DNA of 64,000 nucleotides from an uncultured Gammaproteobacteria bacterium (lineage in GTDB: Bacteria; Pseudomonadota; Gammaproteobacteria; JACCXJ01): positions 192,001 through 256,000 of the forward strand of contig CAVXTM010000018.1 in assembly GCA_963764725.1 (NCBI GenBank), given 5' to 3'. The translations under genes were made by a program, and so were the position numbers. The notes below the pieces were generated by a model that did not search any database, was not told where the DNA came from, and saw nothing but the letters and a program-made list of their open reading frames with translations. Positions within the stretch are counted from its first letter, which is position 1; every line of letters begins with the position of its first letter. Below are positions 20,347 to 30,802 of this stretch, in pieces.

Positions 20347-22034
20347 TTAGTCCCTTATCCATGAAATCTTGTGCAAAAAAGCAAAGAGTGTCATGCATGA
20401 GCGGTATTGAGAGCAGGCATGACCACATACTCTCGGATAGCGAGTGCGCTGCTGAGCACACGACGACCGAATGTCGTGAGGTAGTACTTGTAGCGATGTC
20501 CAATCTTTTTGATGAGGCCATGGGTGCGCAAGCGTTTCAACCAGTAGGAGGCACGGCCGGTGGAGAGATCCCGGAGATGGGCTCGGAGATCGGAGGCGCG
20601 AAAGCCGCTGATGTTCCACTCCCCGCGGGCGAGGGTAATAAAAAGGCTATGATCTTCACCGAGGAAGAGATTGAAGCCCCGATAGGAGCGGTCTTTCTCT
20701 CGTACAGGTTTGGCCATTTTGTCGATGGCGTGCAGAGCTGCATTGGGGTTATCGATGCTGGCCATGAAGCTGAGATAGCGTTCATTGGCAGCATGCATCA
20801 GCTCTCGCAGATCGGGGAGGCTATAGATGTTTTTTCGCAGGGGTGCGAGTTTGAATTGCTTGCGCCCATTGCGTTGTTCCACCCAACGGTGGTGTTTGAA
20901 GAAGGAGACATCGTTGGCGGTGCATTCCACCCGAGCCATGAGACTGAATTTATCGTAGAGCTTGAGGCTTGCTGGTCCCATATGATGGCGGATGCGTGTA
21001 CCCTGAATGCGGGTGTGAAAATCGTTACCGGCCTCCCCGCTGAAGGCCGAGGTGAGTTTGCGTCCCAAGAAGGTGGCGACGTGTTCTGCCTTGAGGGCAT
21101 GCACGGCGGTACGCACGATGGCTTGATAGAGGGGTTGGAAATCGGCTTGGCGGTGGAAGATGACATCGGTCGAGAAAGCCAGGGCCAGGGAGTGGCCCTG
21201 CTTGGCGCGCCGAGGATGCAACTCCACCTGCATGAAGCTCCAGTGATAACCAGCGCGAAACTGACCCAAGATAGGACAGAAGCTTTTCGCCCATCGGTCC
21301 AAACGCCGATGCAAGCCTTTGGGATCGAGGCTATCGGCAAGCGCCTGAGCCTGTTGGGGATCGCCGATGGACAAGAAGGCATTATCGGCGCGCTCAAAGG
21401 CGATCCCTGTCTTGGTCAGTCGTTGGGCTAACCAGTGATGGCCGTTCAAATAGACCTGCAGGCGAAACGGTGCCCAGGTGGGTACTCGGACATAACAGAG
21501 CCCGAAGATCTCATCGATGAAATAGAAGTAATAATGCAAACACTTGCCCGGGGTAGACTTCAAACGGGTCGTATGCTGAAGCTTGTCATGCCAGGGGCGA
21601 TACGAAGGACAGGCCTCCATCGCCGAGAAGATATGCACCAGCCCCGGGTGCTCACCGCGCAAAGCCAAAATCGCTTTGATCCGTTCTTCTTTACGAAACG
21701 CCTTGTAATGACGGATGAATTCAATTTCCAACGAAGCCTCAGCGGCCAGCCGCTCGGCATGGGTCCGAAGCGCCTCGCGCAGCGGTTCTGCCCAGCGGGG
21801 ATAGTCAAACAGACGCATACCCCGGACACCCAAATACCGGGCCATAGCCTCGGCATGGGCGATCTCCGGAAGCGTGCCAGTGATCACGATGCGGTCAAAG
21901 CAACAAAGCACCGCGGCGATCTTCTCTTGATGGCGTTCAACAAAGGAGTTCATGGCGACGACCCATCTCAGTTCTTATTGCCCATCCGCCAGAATAGTAC
22001 ATTCAACACCTTGGTTCCGGCTATGCCGGGTTAG
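20347..22034 (-). mobile_element. Unclassified single-gene element bounded by CTAA direct repeats, no TIRs, terminal hairpin
   Basis: TTAG at 20347-20350 and 22031-22034; hairpin CCGGC-TAT-GCCGG at 22017-22029; one long ORF fills it. Boundaries are inferred. Confidence 0.55.
20391..21953 (-). CDS. Putative transposase/Rep-like protein with C-terminal winged HTH
   Basis: FDRIVITG, CLHYYFY, LNGHHWL, QVE..STDVIF, RIRH..SLKLYDK..RVE motifs; C-terminal LKRLRTHGLIKK..YYLT. No DDE or Ser/Tyr recombinase motif recognised. Confidence 0.7.
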   Translation of the reverse strand: MNSFVERHQEKIAAVLCCFDRIVITGTLPEIAHAEAMARYLGVRGMRLFDYPRWAEPLREALRTHAERLAAEASLEIEFIRHYKAFRKEERIKAILALRGEHPGLVHIFSAMEACPSYRPWHDKLQHTTRLKSTPGKCLHYYFYFIDEIFGLCYVRVPTWAPFRLQVYLNGHHWLAQRLTKTGIAFERADNAFLSIGDPQQAQALADSLDPKGLHRRLDRWAKSFCPILGQFRAGYHWSFMQVELHPRRAKQGHSLALAFSTDVIFHRQADFQPLYQAIVRTAVHALKAEHVATFLGRKLTSAFSGEAGNDFHTRIQGTRIRHHMGPASLKLYDKFSLMARVECTANDVSFFKHHRWVEQRNGRKQFKLAPLRKNIYSLPDLRELMHAANERYLSFMASIDNPNAALHAIDKMAKPVREKDRSYRGFNLFLGEDHSLFITLARGEWNISGFRASDLRAHLRDLSTGRASYWLKRLRTHGLIKKIGHRYKYYLTTFGRRVLSSALAIREYVVMPALNTAHA

Positions 22035-22106
22035 GGTAAGTAGCCTCTGTTACCAGAAGCCTCCGCACAAACCCGGACGTACAGTTTTTCCCGCATCCGG
22101 TTCCTC
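22035..22106 (-). ncRNA. Group II intron domain V-VI remnant
   Basis: Minus strand GAGGAACCGGATGCGGGAAAAACTGTACGTCCGGGTTTGTGCGGAGGCTTCTGGTAACAGAGGCTACTTACC. Confidence 0.7.
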
Positions 22107-22127
22107 GGTTTTACTCGCTTTCGCGCT

Positions 22128-22462
22128 TGCTCGATCTCCAGGTACCCGCGTTTATGAGCGATGCCGCGCCGTCCAGGCCGGTGATTTATCCCTTGGAACC
22201 GGCATGAGGACATTGGAAATCCACGCCCTTAATGGGGAGAAGGCCATCGATCCAACCTCGGCTCGGAAGCTCATCGAACACTGCGGCTACTGGCGGCGCA
22301 ACCAGGAGCTGAAGGGCGCGAAAGAAGCTGCGAAGCCCTGGACGGCCACCATCCAATGTAGGGCGGGTTGGGCGTCGCTTTTTGCGCCGTAACCCGCCAA
22401 GCCGTCGGCCGCAGGCCGACTCTTGAATGTCCTTGCCAGCCCAAATTCTAAGGTGACGCGCT
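22128..22462 (+). repeat. Diverged duplicate of 18935-19296 (cyclase 3' end and downstream)
   Basis: Colinear similarity, including LLDLQVPAFMSDAAPSRPVIYPLE coding DNA. Confidence 0.9.
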
Positions 22463-22517
22463 CCGCGCGTTGGATCGGTGCGTTACGGCGTACAAAGCAC
22501 GCCTAACGCACGCTACA
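22358..22517. repeat. GTAG-type REP pair (related copies near 19194-19296 and 24654-24768)
   Basis: GTAGGGCGGGTTGGGCG...CGTAACCCGCC and the inverted GTGCGTTACGGCG...CCTAACGCACGCTAC. Confidence 0.75.
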
Positions 22518-22681
22518 TTTACTTACTTGATGAACATGCGCCAAAGCTCAATAAACTTTTCGTAATTTATTAACATGCTGACTATTGTAACCAAAGTAAC
22601 TACTATGGTTAAGATTAGCATTCTGTTTTGGGGCGCGATCTTGACACTACACCGACACGATACGAACCTGAGGAAAATAGA

Positions 22682-23002
22682 CTACCAGGCACTCCTTTCA
22701 ATATTTTCAACCAGCTCGTTGCCCTTCTTTATATTTGGAAATAGTTTCTTTAAACCACCACTTAAGCGGTCAATATCTTCTAACTCGAAAACCTCGATTA
22801 ACACTAACTCTCGGTACCTGAGCTCTGTACCTTCTGGAGCTCGGCTGCTGGCATAACACCGCTCAGACCATTTTCTTTGGTGCTCCCTGGTGAGTTGTAA
22901 GCTATATATTAGTCCTCCCTGAAATCTCGGTAACATCTCCGCCCAATCAAGATACTTCTTGGCGAGGAAAGGTTTTATCTTTCTTAATGACAACAAATTC
23001 AA
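22682..23002 (-). pseudogene. AT-rich hypothetical cassette gene, probably degraded
   Basis: Low-GC ORF starting just after an attC; AT-rich sequence continues past the stop to about 22520. Confidence 0.4.
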
Positions 23003-23042
23003 TGCCTCGTGTTCTAGATCTCGCAGATCACGCTGCTTACGA

Positions 23043-23114
23043 GCCTACCGAGCGCGAGTTGAGGGGCGAAGCCGCAAGCGCAGCGCCGCGGCGCCGCTCG
23101 AACGAGAGTTGGAC
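23043..23114 (-). repeat. attC site
   Basis: Minus strand GTCCAAC..GTTCGAGCGGCG..GCTGCGCTTGC..CCCCTCAACTC..GGTAGGC; related halves at 23775-23803 and 24425-24455. Confidence 0.7.
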
Positions 23115-23331
23115 GGCGCGCAGCGCCGGACAACTTGACGTGAGACAACTCGCGCTCCGTTGGTTCGCGCGCTTAGCACCCTCACGGTCGCGGCCATCAA
23201 AACCTGTGATCCTATCCATGCTCATCTCCCGTTCTAAAGGCCATGGCCCCGGCGCTGCGCGCCGACCAAACAACAAAAGGTTTACCGGGCGCGACGCTAG
23301 GAGCGCTCCAGTGCAGCGCCTGGTGGAGACG

Positions 23332-23544
23332 TTAAAGATCCTGGGGCCTCAGCCCTGTGCGCTTTCCGATCCGAGCCAGCATTCGCGGCCCAATCTCGTC
23401 GCTGTCGTGAAATGCGAAAACGAAATCCTGAAACCCCGGCTTGGCTAGGGTTCGGTGAGACCCGGACGATCGCGTCTCGACCCAGCCGATTCGCTCTAGC
23501 GCTGCGAGAACTCGCTTGGCCTTCGTGCTCGGCCATTGAGTCAT
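23332..23544 (-). CDS. hicA: HicA toxin
   Basis: LERIGW..RSSGSHRTL and FAFHDSDEIG motifs. Confidence 0.9.
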   Translation of the reverse strand: MTQWPSTKAKRVLAALERIGWVETRSSGSHRTLAKPGFQDFVFAFHDSDEIGPRMLARIGKRTGLRPQDL

Positions 23545-23747
23545 GCAGCGGCGAACGTAATATGAATCGGTTCAACCGGCTGCTCTCCATGCTCGATTCG
23601 GTCCGCAATTACGCGCAGGGCCAACGCTTCCGCTTGTGCAATCGCTTCTTCACGGCTCTGTCCATACTTCAGTACACCGGGAATCTCAGAAACTTCAGCG
23701 ATCCATCGGCCGTCTTCTTCCCGCTCCGTCTCTACCGTGAATATCAT
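23541..23747 (-). CDS. hicB: HicB antitoxin (short)
   Basis: EREEDGRWIAEVSEIPGVLKYGQSREEA motif; ATGA overlap. Confidence 0.9.
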   Translation of the reverse strand: MIFTVETEREEDGRWIAEVSEIPGVLKYGQSREEAIAQAEALALRVIADRIEHGEQPVEPIHITFAAA

Positions 23748-23802
23748 TAACCATACCTCTTATGTTCTTTTTACGTCCAACAGAGCGCGAGTTGAGCGGC
23801 GC

Positions 23803-23955
23803 CCTTGAATACACTTCAACCGCAAAGTCATAACCCAAACCCACCTCACACCCTTCGTAATACTCGATGGTGGACAAACTCAGCCTCTGCCTCCGGGTGG
23901 ACCATGTATTTCACGTCGCGAGTCTGTTCCAGATTCTTTTGAATACTTCATCTCC
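23803..23955 (-). pseudogene. Fragments of another addiction module (antitoxin tail plus ParE N-terminus)
   Basis: GDEVFKRIW..*, overlapping VKYMVHPEAEAEF / IEYYEGCEVGLGYDF. Confidence 0.55.
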
Positions 23956-24163
23956 CCCCGTATGGAAAGCGATGGACGATAGCCCGACGGATGAGTCCAC
24001 GCACGCGAGGAAACTGCTGTGGCCCAGCTCGGACTTGCTCCAACTTGGAATCGACCACCGCCATAAACTCCGCACCCAAGCCGGAACGCTGTTCCTCATG
24101 CCACTGAAACGCTTCAGCGAGATCATCAAGCGCTTCAGGCCGGAAAATGATTGCCAGGCTCAC
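23948..24163 (-). pseudogene. ParE/RelE toxin, C-terminally truncated
   Basis: FRPEALDDL, RSGLGAEF and RRAIVHRFPY motifs, then breaks off. Confidence 0.75.
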
Positions 24164-24381
24164 GCGCCACCGAGGATACGGCGCTTGACCTCCTCCCAGG
24201 GAATACCTTCAGAAGGATTGGCCTGATATGCTGCGATGCGCCGATCAAGCTCCTCAGCCTGCCACGGCAACAGTTCAACTTGCTCGGGGTGCTCCGCAAC
24301 GCTATCCCAAATAGCTTCGACGATGCGAATGCGTTCCTGAACGGGAAGGTTTAGGACTTCAGAGAGATTGATAGCGCTCAT
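24160..24381 (-). CDS. Addiction-module antitoxin
   Basis: LPVQERIRIVEAIWDS, ELDRR and IPWEEVK motifs. Confidence 0.88.
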   Translation of the reverse strand: MSAINLSEVLNLPVQERIRIVEAIWDSVAEHPEQVELLPWQAEELDRRIAAYQANPSEGIPWEEVKRRILGGA

Positions 24382-25070
24382 ATGGCTCCCGATATACCAG
24401 TTTGTTTCTAATCGGTAATTATAACCGCTAACGCAGCGCGAGTTGAGGCGCTCCTTGACGGGGAGAAAGACGAAATCTTTCGATCGAGTCAGAGGGGCGA
24501 AGCCGCAAGCGCAGCGCTGCGGCTCCGCTCTGGGTTTTGTTCCTCAACCCCGCCCATCGCGCTTGAGCGTACCGTTGGCCGACGGGTTCAATACCGGATT
24601 GGGTCGAGTCTCCCTGGTCCGCCGAAGCATTGACAGCCGCGCGAACGGACAAAAGCCGTCGGCCGCAGGCCGACTTTTCAACGTGCTTGCCAGCCCGAAT
24701 TCCAAGGTGACGCGCTGCGCGTCGGATCGGTGCGTTACGGCGTAAAAAGCACGCCTAACGCACCCTACATCCACTACGATTTCTGGCTGCGTTTTGTGAC
24801 GACGAGGCCTGGCAGCAAGGTAGCCCCCCCGTATGCAGCGCAGCGGAGAACGGGGAATGCGGTGCGCAAGCTGTTTCCCGAATTCCGGTCACTCCATCCA
24901 GGCTTTCATGTCGACAGCGCCGGCGGAAGAGGCCGCACGTTTCGCTATGATTTTCCCAGCGATCTAATCACGCCGCCGTCCGGAGAAGCCTCGATCGAAT
25001 CCTTAAAATCGCCTTAGGAGCCGTCGATTAGTATCTCAACTGAAACCTATGTAGGCTAAGTATTAGCTAA

Positions 25071-25346
<276 letters not shown>

Positions 25347-25444
25347 TGCGTGCGCTTAAAAAATACCCGGTAACACCGCCAGAGCGTATCGCAGTCCGAG
25401 CGTCATTAAACGCGTACCCCGCGGTCTTGCCGCGGGTACCTTAG

Positions 25445-27394
25445 CCCGATCTTCTTGATGATTTTATCTCTATCCATATGAGTAGATTAATATAAAAGCT
25501 TTATTGTGCCTCATTGTGTACCCATGTATAGTTGGCATATAGGCTTGTTTATCAGCGTTGTACGTGGTACAGTGCGTGGCCATGTACGTGGAGAAAGTCC
25601 CCAACCGTAACTCCCCACCGGCCATTCTCCTGCGGGAGTCCTACCGCGAGGGCAAGCGCGTCCTCAAACGTACCCTCGCCAACCTCACCGACTGGCCCGC
25701 ACACCTCGTCGAGGGCCTGCGTACCCTCCTTCAGGGAGGCACGGTCATCAAACACTTCGAGGAGAGCTTCGACATCGTCCGCTCACTGCCGCATGGACAT
25801 GTCGCCGCCGTGCTCGGCACGCTCCGTAAGCTTGGGCTGGAGAAGCTCATCGCCCCCAAGCGATCTCCAGAACGGGATCGTGTCGTCGCGATGATCGTCG
25901 CGCGTCTGCTCGATCCCCGATCGAAGCTCGCCACCGCGCGCGGCTTCGGGGAAGAGAGCGCCGCAACGAGCTTGGGGGAAGCGCTCGAGGTCGAATCAGC
26001 GCAAGCCGAAGACTTGTACGCCGCGATGGATTGGCTGCAAGCACGGCAGGGAGAGATCGAAAGGACAATCGCCGAGCAACATCTCCACGACGGCGCGCTC
26101 GTGCTCTACGATGTGAGCTCTACCTATTTTGAAGGTCAGTGCTGTCCACTCGCCCGCTTGGGCTATTCCCGTGACGGGAAGCAAGATAAACTGCAGATCG
26201 TCTTTGGTCTTTTATGCAATCGCGAAGGCTGTCCCATCGCCGTGGAGGTTTTCGAGGGCAATACCGCCGATCCGAAGACGCTCGGGGCCCAAATCGAGAA
26301 GCTGCGCACGCGCTTTGGGCTGACGCGGATCGTGTTGGTGGGTGATCGGGGGATGATGACCGAAGCGCGGATCCGAGAGGACCTCAAGCCCCTCGAAGGC
26401 GTGGATTGGATCACGGCGTTGCGGGCACCGGCTATCCGTGCGTTGGTCGAGGCGAAAGATATCCAGCTCTCGATTTTCGATGCGCAGGACTTGGCCGAGA
26501 TCACCAGTTCCGCCTATCCCGCTGAACGACTCATCGTCTGTAAGAATCCCCTCTTGGCCGAAGCACGCGCGCAACAACGCGAGTCGCTCTTACAGGCCAC
26601 CGAGCGCGAACTTAATCAGATCGTCGCCGCTACCCAAAGAGCCCAACGTGCCTTGAAAGGTCAAGCGCAGATCGGGCTGCGGGTGGGCAAAGTCATCGGC
26701 CGATTCAAGATGGCTAAGCATTTTAAGCTTGCTATCTCCGAGGAGCGTTTTGCCTATGAGCGCGATACCCAGCGCATCCACGAGGAAGCCGCGCTCGATG
26801 GGATCTACGTCCTCCGTACGAGTGTGCCCAAAGAGATGCTTGAGAGCGCGCAGACCGTACGTGCCTATAAGGATCTCGCGCATGTCGAACGGGCCTTCCG
26901 TAGCTACAAAAGCGTCGATCTGAAAGTCCGGCCTATCTACCACTACCTCGCCGATCGCGTCCGTGCGCATGTCTTCCTCTGCATGCTGGCCTATTACCTG
27001 GAGTGGCATCTGCGCAAGGCGCTTGCACCACTGCTCTTTGACGATGACGATAAACCGAGCGCCGATAAACAACGTGCCTCCATCGTTGCCCCGGCGAAAG
27101 TCTCCCCCAAGGCCGAACAGAAGGCCCACACGCGACGCACCGAAGAGGGTCTCCCGGTGCACAGCTTCCAAACACTTTTGGCCGATCTCGCCACCATCAC
27201 CAAGAACCGTATTCAACCCAAACTCCAAGGCGCAGCGCCCTTCGATCAGATCACTCGGCCCACCACCTTACAACGCCATGCCTTCAAACTCCTGGGCGTA
27301 AAAGTGTAACGATGTACCCAGTAGCAGAATTATGATTTTTTAATTTACTATGTATTATCATGGCATTACGCTGAGACTCCGAAAGAAGATCGGG
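25445..27394 (+). mobile_element. IS1634 family insertion sequence
   Basis: TIRs CCCGATCTTCTT / AAGAAGATCGGG; TTAG on both flanks (25441, 27395). Confidence 0.88.
25582..27309 (+). CDS. IS1634 family DDE transposase
   Basis: LYDVSSTYFEG, GYSRD, GDRGM, LDGIYVLRT, VERAFR and RPIYH motifs. Confidence 0.93.
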   Translation: MYVEKVPNRNSPPAILLRESYREGKRVLKRTLANLTDWPAHLVEGLRTLLQGGTVIKHFEESFDIVRSLPHGHVAAVLGTLRKLGLEKLIAPKRSPERDRVVAMIVARLLDPRSKLATARGFGEESAATSLGEALEVESAQAEDLYAAMDWLQARQGEIERTIAEQHLHDGALVLYDVSSTYFEGQCCPLARLGYSRDGKQDKLQIVFGLLCNREGCPIAVEVFEGNTADPKTLGAQIEKLRTRFGLTRIVLVGDRGMMTEARIREDLKPLEGVDWITALRAPAIRALVEAKDIQLSIFDAQDLAEITSSAYPAERLIVCKNPLLAEARAQQRESLLQATERELNQIVAATQRAQRALKGQAQIGLRVGKVIGRFKMAKHFKLAISEERFAYERDTQRIHEEAALDGIYVLRTSVPKEMLESAQTVRAYKDLAHVERAFRSYKSVDLKVRPIYHYLADRVRAHVFLCMLAYYLEWHLRKALAPLLFDDDDKPSADKQRASIVAPAKVSPKAEQKAHTRRTEEGLPVHSFQTLLADLATITKNRIQPKLQGAAPFDQITRPTTLQRHAFKLLGVKV

Positions 27395-27482
27395 TTAGCG
27401 ATGGGGTTTCCAAAGGGAAGAAGCGCAGCTCTCCCCTTTGGTCAAGGGCGGGGTTCATACCCCGCCCGCGAAGTATATTAGT

Positions 27483-28217
27483 TTACTGCTGATTTTCCAC
27501 GCCAAGCTCCTCCTCGCTTAAGTCAGTCGCTTCGTAGCTCTTGTGGCGGATGTCCCTGCCCTCCACCAGATAGATGATGCTTTCACAAATATTACTGGCG
27601 TGGTCGCCGATCCGCTCGAGCGATTTCACCGCCCAGGCCGTATCCAGAACGCGCGTGATGCTGCGCGGGTCTTCCATCATGTAGGTAATCAACTGGCGCA
27701 TGATGGCGTCGTATTCGAGATCCACGTTATGGTCTTTGCGCGCTATCCCCAGGGCCACTTGAGCATCCATTCGCGCTAATGCATCGAGCGCATCATGGAG
27801 ATTTGCTTGCACGTGTTTGCCCATGTGCAGGACCCCCACGTAATAGGCTTTCGGGCCCTCTGTTTCCGTCAAGCGTATGACCACACGCGCGATCTTCTTG
27901 GACTCATCACCGACGCGTTCTAGGTCAGTGATGATTCGTGTGATGGCGAGCACGAGCCTCAAGTCGCTGGCTGCGGGTTGCCGGCGCGCCAGGATCTCCG
28001 CGCAGGCCCGGTCGATCGCGACCTCCATGGCATTGACTTTAAAGTCATTGCTGGCCGCGATCTCGGCCAATCCCGGGTTCCCTTGAACCAGCGCCTCTAT
28101 CGCTTTTTTCAGGTGTTCTTCGACCATCCCCCCCATTTCCAAGACGCGCGCCCGAACGTCTTCGAGCTCGTTATCGAACTGATGGGAGATGTGTTGCGGG
28201 AGTTTCGTCGCGGTCAT
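27483..28217 (-). CDS. phoU: Phosphate signalling protein PhoU
   Basis: HISHQF, ARRQPAASDLR, DLERVGD, YMMEDPR and ERIGDH motifs. Confidence 0.96.
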   Translation of the reverse strand: MTATKLPQHISHQFDNELEDVRARVLEMGGMVEEHLKKAIEALVQGNPGLAEIAASNDFKVNAMEVAIDRACAEILARRQPAASDLRLVLAITRIITDLERVGDESKKIARVVIRLTETEGPKAYYVGVLHMGKHVQANLHDALDALARMDAQVALGIARKDHNVDLEYDAIMRQLITYMMEDPRSITRVLDTAWAVKSLERIGDHASNICESIIYLVEGRDIRHKSYEATDLSEEELGVENQQ

Positions 28218-28271
28218 CGGCACGGCCTCTGAAGTGAGTGGATATTACATCGTTCTACGCACGGCGACGGA

Positions 28272-29132
28272 TTAACCATAACGGCCGGTAATGTAGTCCT
28301 CGGTCTGTTTCTTCTTGGGATTGGTAAAGATCACCTTCGTGTCGTCGAACTCGATGAGATCGCCGACATACATGAGCGCCGTATAATCGGAGACCCGTGC
28401 CGCCTGCTGCATGTTGTGCGTGACGATGACGATCGTGTACTGCGACTTCAGCTCGTACATCAAATCTTCAATTTTCAAGGTCGAGAGCGGATCCAAGGCC
28501 GAGGCGGGTTCATCCAACAATAATACTTCGGGCTCGATGGCGATCGCGCGCGCGATGACCAAGCGTTGTTGCTGTCCGCCGGAAAGGGCCATGGCGCTTT
28601 CGTTCAACCTATCTTTCACCTCATCCCAAAGCGCCGCGGCCCTGAGCGAGCGTTCCACGGCCTGATCGAGGGCGCGCCTTTTGTTGATGCCCTGAAGCCG
28701 CAGGCCGTAAGCGACGTTTTCATAGACCGATTTCGGAAAAGGATTGGGCTTTTGAAACACCATGCCGATGCGGCGCCTGAGATCGGCCACATTGACGTCC
28801 GGATCATAGATATTCTTGCTCTGCAAATGGATGGCCCCTTCGATGCGCACGCTGTCGTAGAGATCGTTCATGCGGTTGAAACAACGCAGCAAGGTCGACT
28901 TTCCGCAGCCGCTGGGGCCGATAAAAGCTGTCACCTGGCGCTCCGGGATCGACATCGTGATCGCGTTGAGCGCGCGTTTTTCCCCATAGTAGAGATTGAG
29001 CCCCTCGACGCCCAGGCATTCCTTGACATCCGTCTCGGGTGCCGCCTCGGGCTCGTGGCGTTGCAAGAGCTTCGGGTCGAACCCGTGAGTAAGCCCCGAG
29101 GGAGCGGTCCGCCGCTCATCGGCTGTGTCCAT
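28272..29132 (-). CDS. pstB: Phosphate ABC transporter ATPase
   Basis: [24 protein letters not shown] and [10 protein letters not shown] motifs. Confidence 0.96.
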   Translation of the reverse strand: MDTADERRTAPSGLTHGFDPKLLQRHEPEAAPETDVKECLGVEGLNLYYGEKRALNAITMSIPERQVTAFIGPSGCGKSTLLRCFNRMNDLYDSVRIEGAIHLQSKNIYDPDVNVADLRRRIGMVFQKPNPFPKSVYENVAYGLRLQGINKRRALDQAVERSLRAAALWDEVKDRLNESAMALSGGQQQRLVIARAIAIEPEVLLLDEPASALDPLSTLKIEDLMYELKSQYTIVIVTHNMQQAARVSDYTALMYVGDLIEFDDTKVIFTNPKKKQTEDYITGRYG

Positions 29133-29142
29133 AGTCTCCACC

Positions 29143-30777
29143 TCAATATTCCGCGGCACGGTACTTTTCCCGCAAGCGGTTCCGGATCCGGATCGCCGTC
29201 AGATTCAGTGCCACGATGACGAGCACGAGCAACAGTGCCGTAGCATAAACGAGCGGCCTCGCCGCCTCGACATTGGGGCTTTGAAAGCCCACATCATAAA
29301 TATGAAAACCGAGGTGCATGATCTTACGGTCGAGATGAAGAAAGGGGAAGTTTCCATCCAAGCCGAGTGAGGGAGCCAGTTTCACCACCCCCACCATCAT
29401 GAGCGGGGCTACCTCGCCGGCCGCCCGCGCAACGGCCAAGATCAAGCCGGTCATGATCGCGGGGCTGGCCATCGGCAGCACGATGCGCCAGAGGGTTTCG
29501 GCCTTGGTTGCCCCCAGGGCATAACTGCCCTCACGGAAGGCGCTCGGGATGCGCGCCAAACCTTCCTCGGTCGCGACAATGACGACCGGGACCGTAAGCA
29601 GCGCCAGTGTCACCGAGGTCCACAGCAAGCCCCCCGTACCGAATGTCGGGGCCGGAAGGGCTTCGGGGAAAAATAACCTATCGATGGATCCGCCCACGAA
29701 ATAAACGAAGAACCCCAGACCGAACACACCGTAAACGATGGATGGGACGCCCGCGAGATTGTTCACCGCGATGCGGATGATGCGCGTGAACAGCCCCTGC
29801 TTGGCGTATTCGCGAAGATAGACCGCCGCCACCACTCCGAACGGCGTCACGACGATGGCCATGATCAAGACCATCAATACGGTGCCGAAGATCGCCGGGA
29901 AGATACCGCCTTCGGTATTCGCCTCGCGCGGATCGTCTCCCACAAACTCACCGATTTTCTCCATATAATGCCCTAGCTTCTCGGCGACGCTCATGCTATT
30001 GGGCTGATACACCCGAATGACCTTGGCCACGGGAAGCTTCACCTCTTGTCCGCCGGCGATGCGCACTACGATGCCGTCCCGGCGGATGTCCTCATTAAGC
30101 TTCGCCAGATCGCCGTTCAAGCGCTCGTATTCGGCTTCCAAAGCTTTTTGAGAATCACGAATGGCCGCGAAAGACGCCGGGTCCTTAACACCGTCGAGCT
30201 CGAGGCGGCGCTGGCGCAAACGCAGCTTTTCCATTTCATAATTGACTCCGCCGATGAGGTCCTTCTCGATATGGCTGATCTGTGCCTTAAGCTCATGCCT
30301 GCGTCCGAGCCGCGCGCGTAGCTCGGCGATCGGATCGCCTGCGGACACGACCCGCCGTCCGCCCTCCTCCACGCCCGCCAAGTAACCGTAGAGATTGCCC
30401 CATTCCTCGCGTTCGACGGCAATGATCTCGCGCGGATATTCGATGCCGGTGATCCCGCGTTCGGCGACCCACCGAAAGTCAAGCCCGTAGATGTCCCGGT
30501 TCCCGAGTTTCATCAGGACCTGCGGCTCGCCCCCGGACGCTAGCTCAGCGTCGGTTTTTAGTTCCCGGTCAACCATCTCGCCGATCAGAACCTCGCGAGC
30601 GCCATCCGCGCCGCGGTAATCGATTTCAGCAATCCTAGCGGGCCAAAAATGGGTGAGACCGTGTACGGCGATGAGGTATAGGAGACCGAAGACCGCGACC
30701 AAACACAGGCTCACCGCGCCCGCCGACAGCCACACCCAGGGACCGCCGCTGTCAATCCAGGCGCGTAAGGACTTCAT
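29143..30777 (-). CDS. pstA: Phosphate ABC transporter permease PstA (long form)
   Basis: [28 protein letters not shown] and ARAAGEVAP motifs. Confidence 0.95.
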   Translation of the reverse strand: MKSLRAWIDSGGPWVWLSAGAVSLCLVAVFGLLYLIAVHGLTHFWPARIAEIDYRGADGAREVLIGEMVDRELKTDAELASGGEPQVLMKLGNRDIYGLDFRWVAERGITGIEYPREIIAVEREEWGNLYGYLAGVEEGGRRVVSAGDPIAELRARLGRRHELKAQISHIEKDLIGGVNYEMEKLRLRQRRLELDGVKDPASFAAIRDSQKALEAEYERLNGDLAKLNEDIRRDGIVVRIAGGQEVKLPVAKVIRVYQPNSMSVAEKLGHYMEKIGEFVGDDPREANTEGGIFPAIFGTVLMVLIMAIVVTPFGVVAAVYLREYAKQGLFTRIIRIAVNNLAGVPSIVYGVFGLGFFVYFVGGSIDRLFFPEALPAPTFGTGGLLWTSVTLALLTVPVVIVATEEGLARIPSAFREGSYALGATKAETLWRIVLPMASPAIMTGLILAVARAAGEVAPLMMVGVVKLAPSLGLDGNFPFLHLDRKIMHLGFHIYDVGFQSPNVEAARPLVYATALLLVLVIVALNLTAIRIRNRLREKYRAAEY

Positions 30778-30802
30778 CTCTCGAAATACCGCCGTTCCGC
30801 GT

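Noticed and set aside
20361-22034. Long plus-strand ORFs 20361..21431 and 21435..22034
   Set aside because: Antisense shadows of the 520-aa gene; no motifs.
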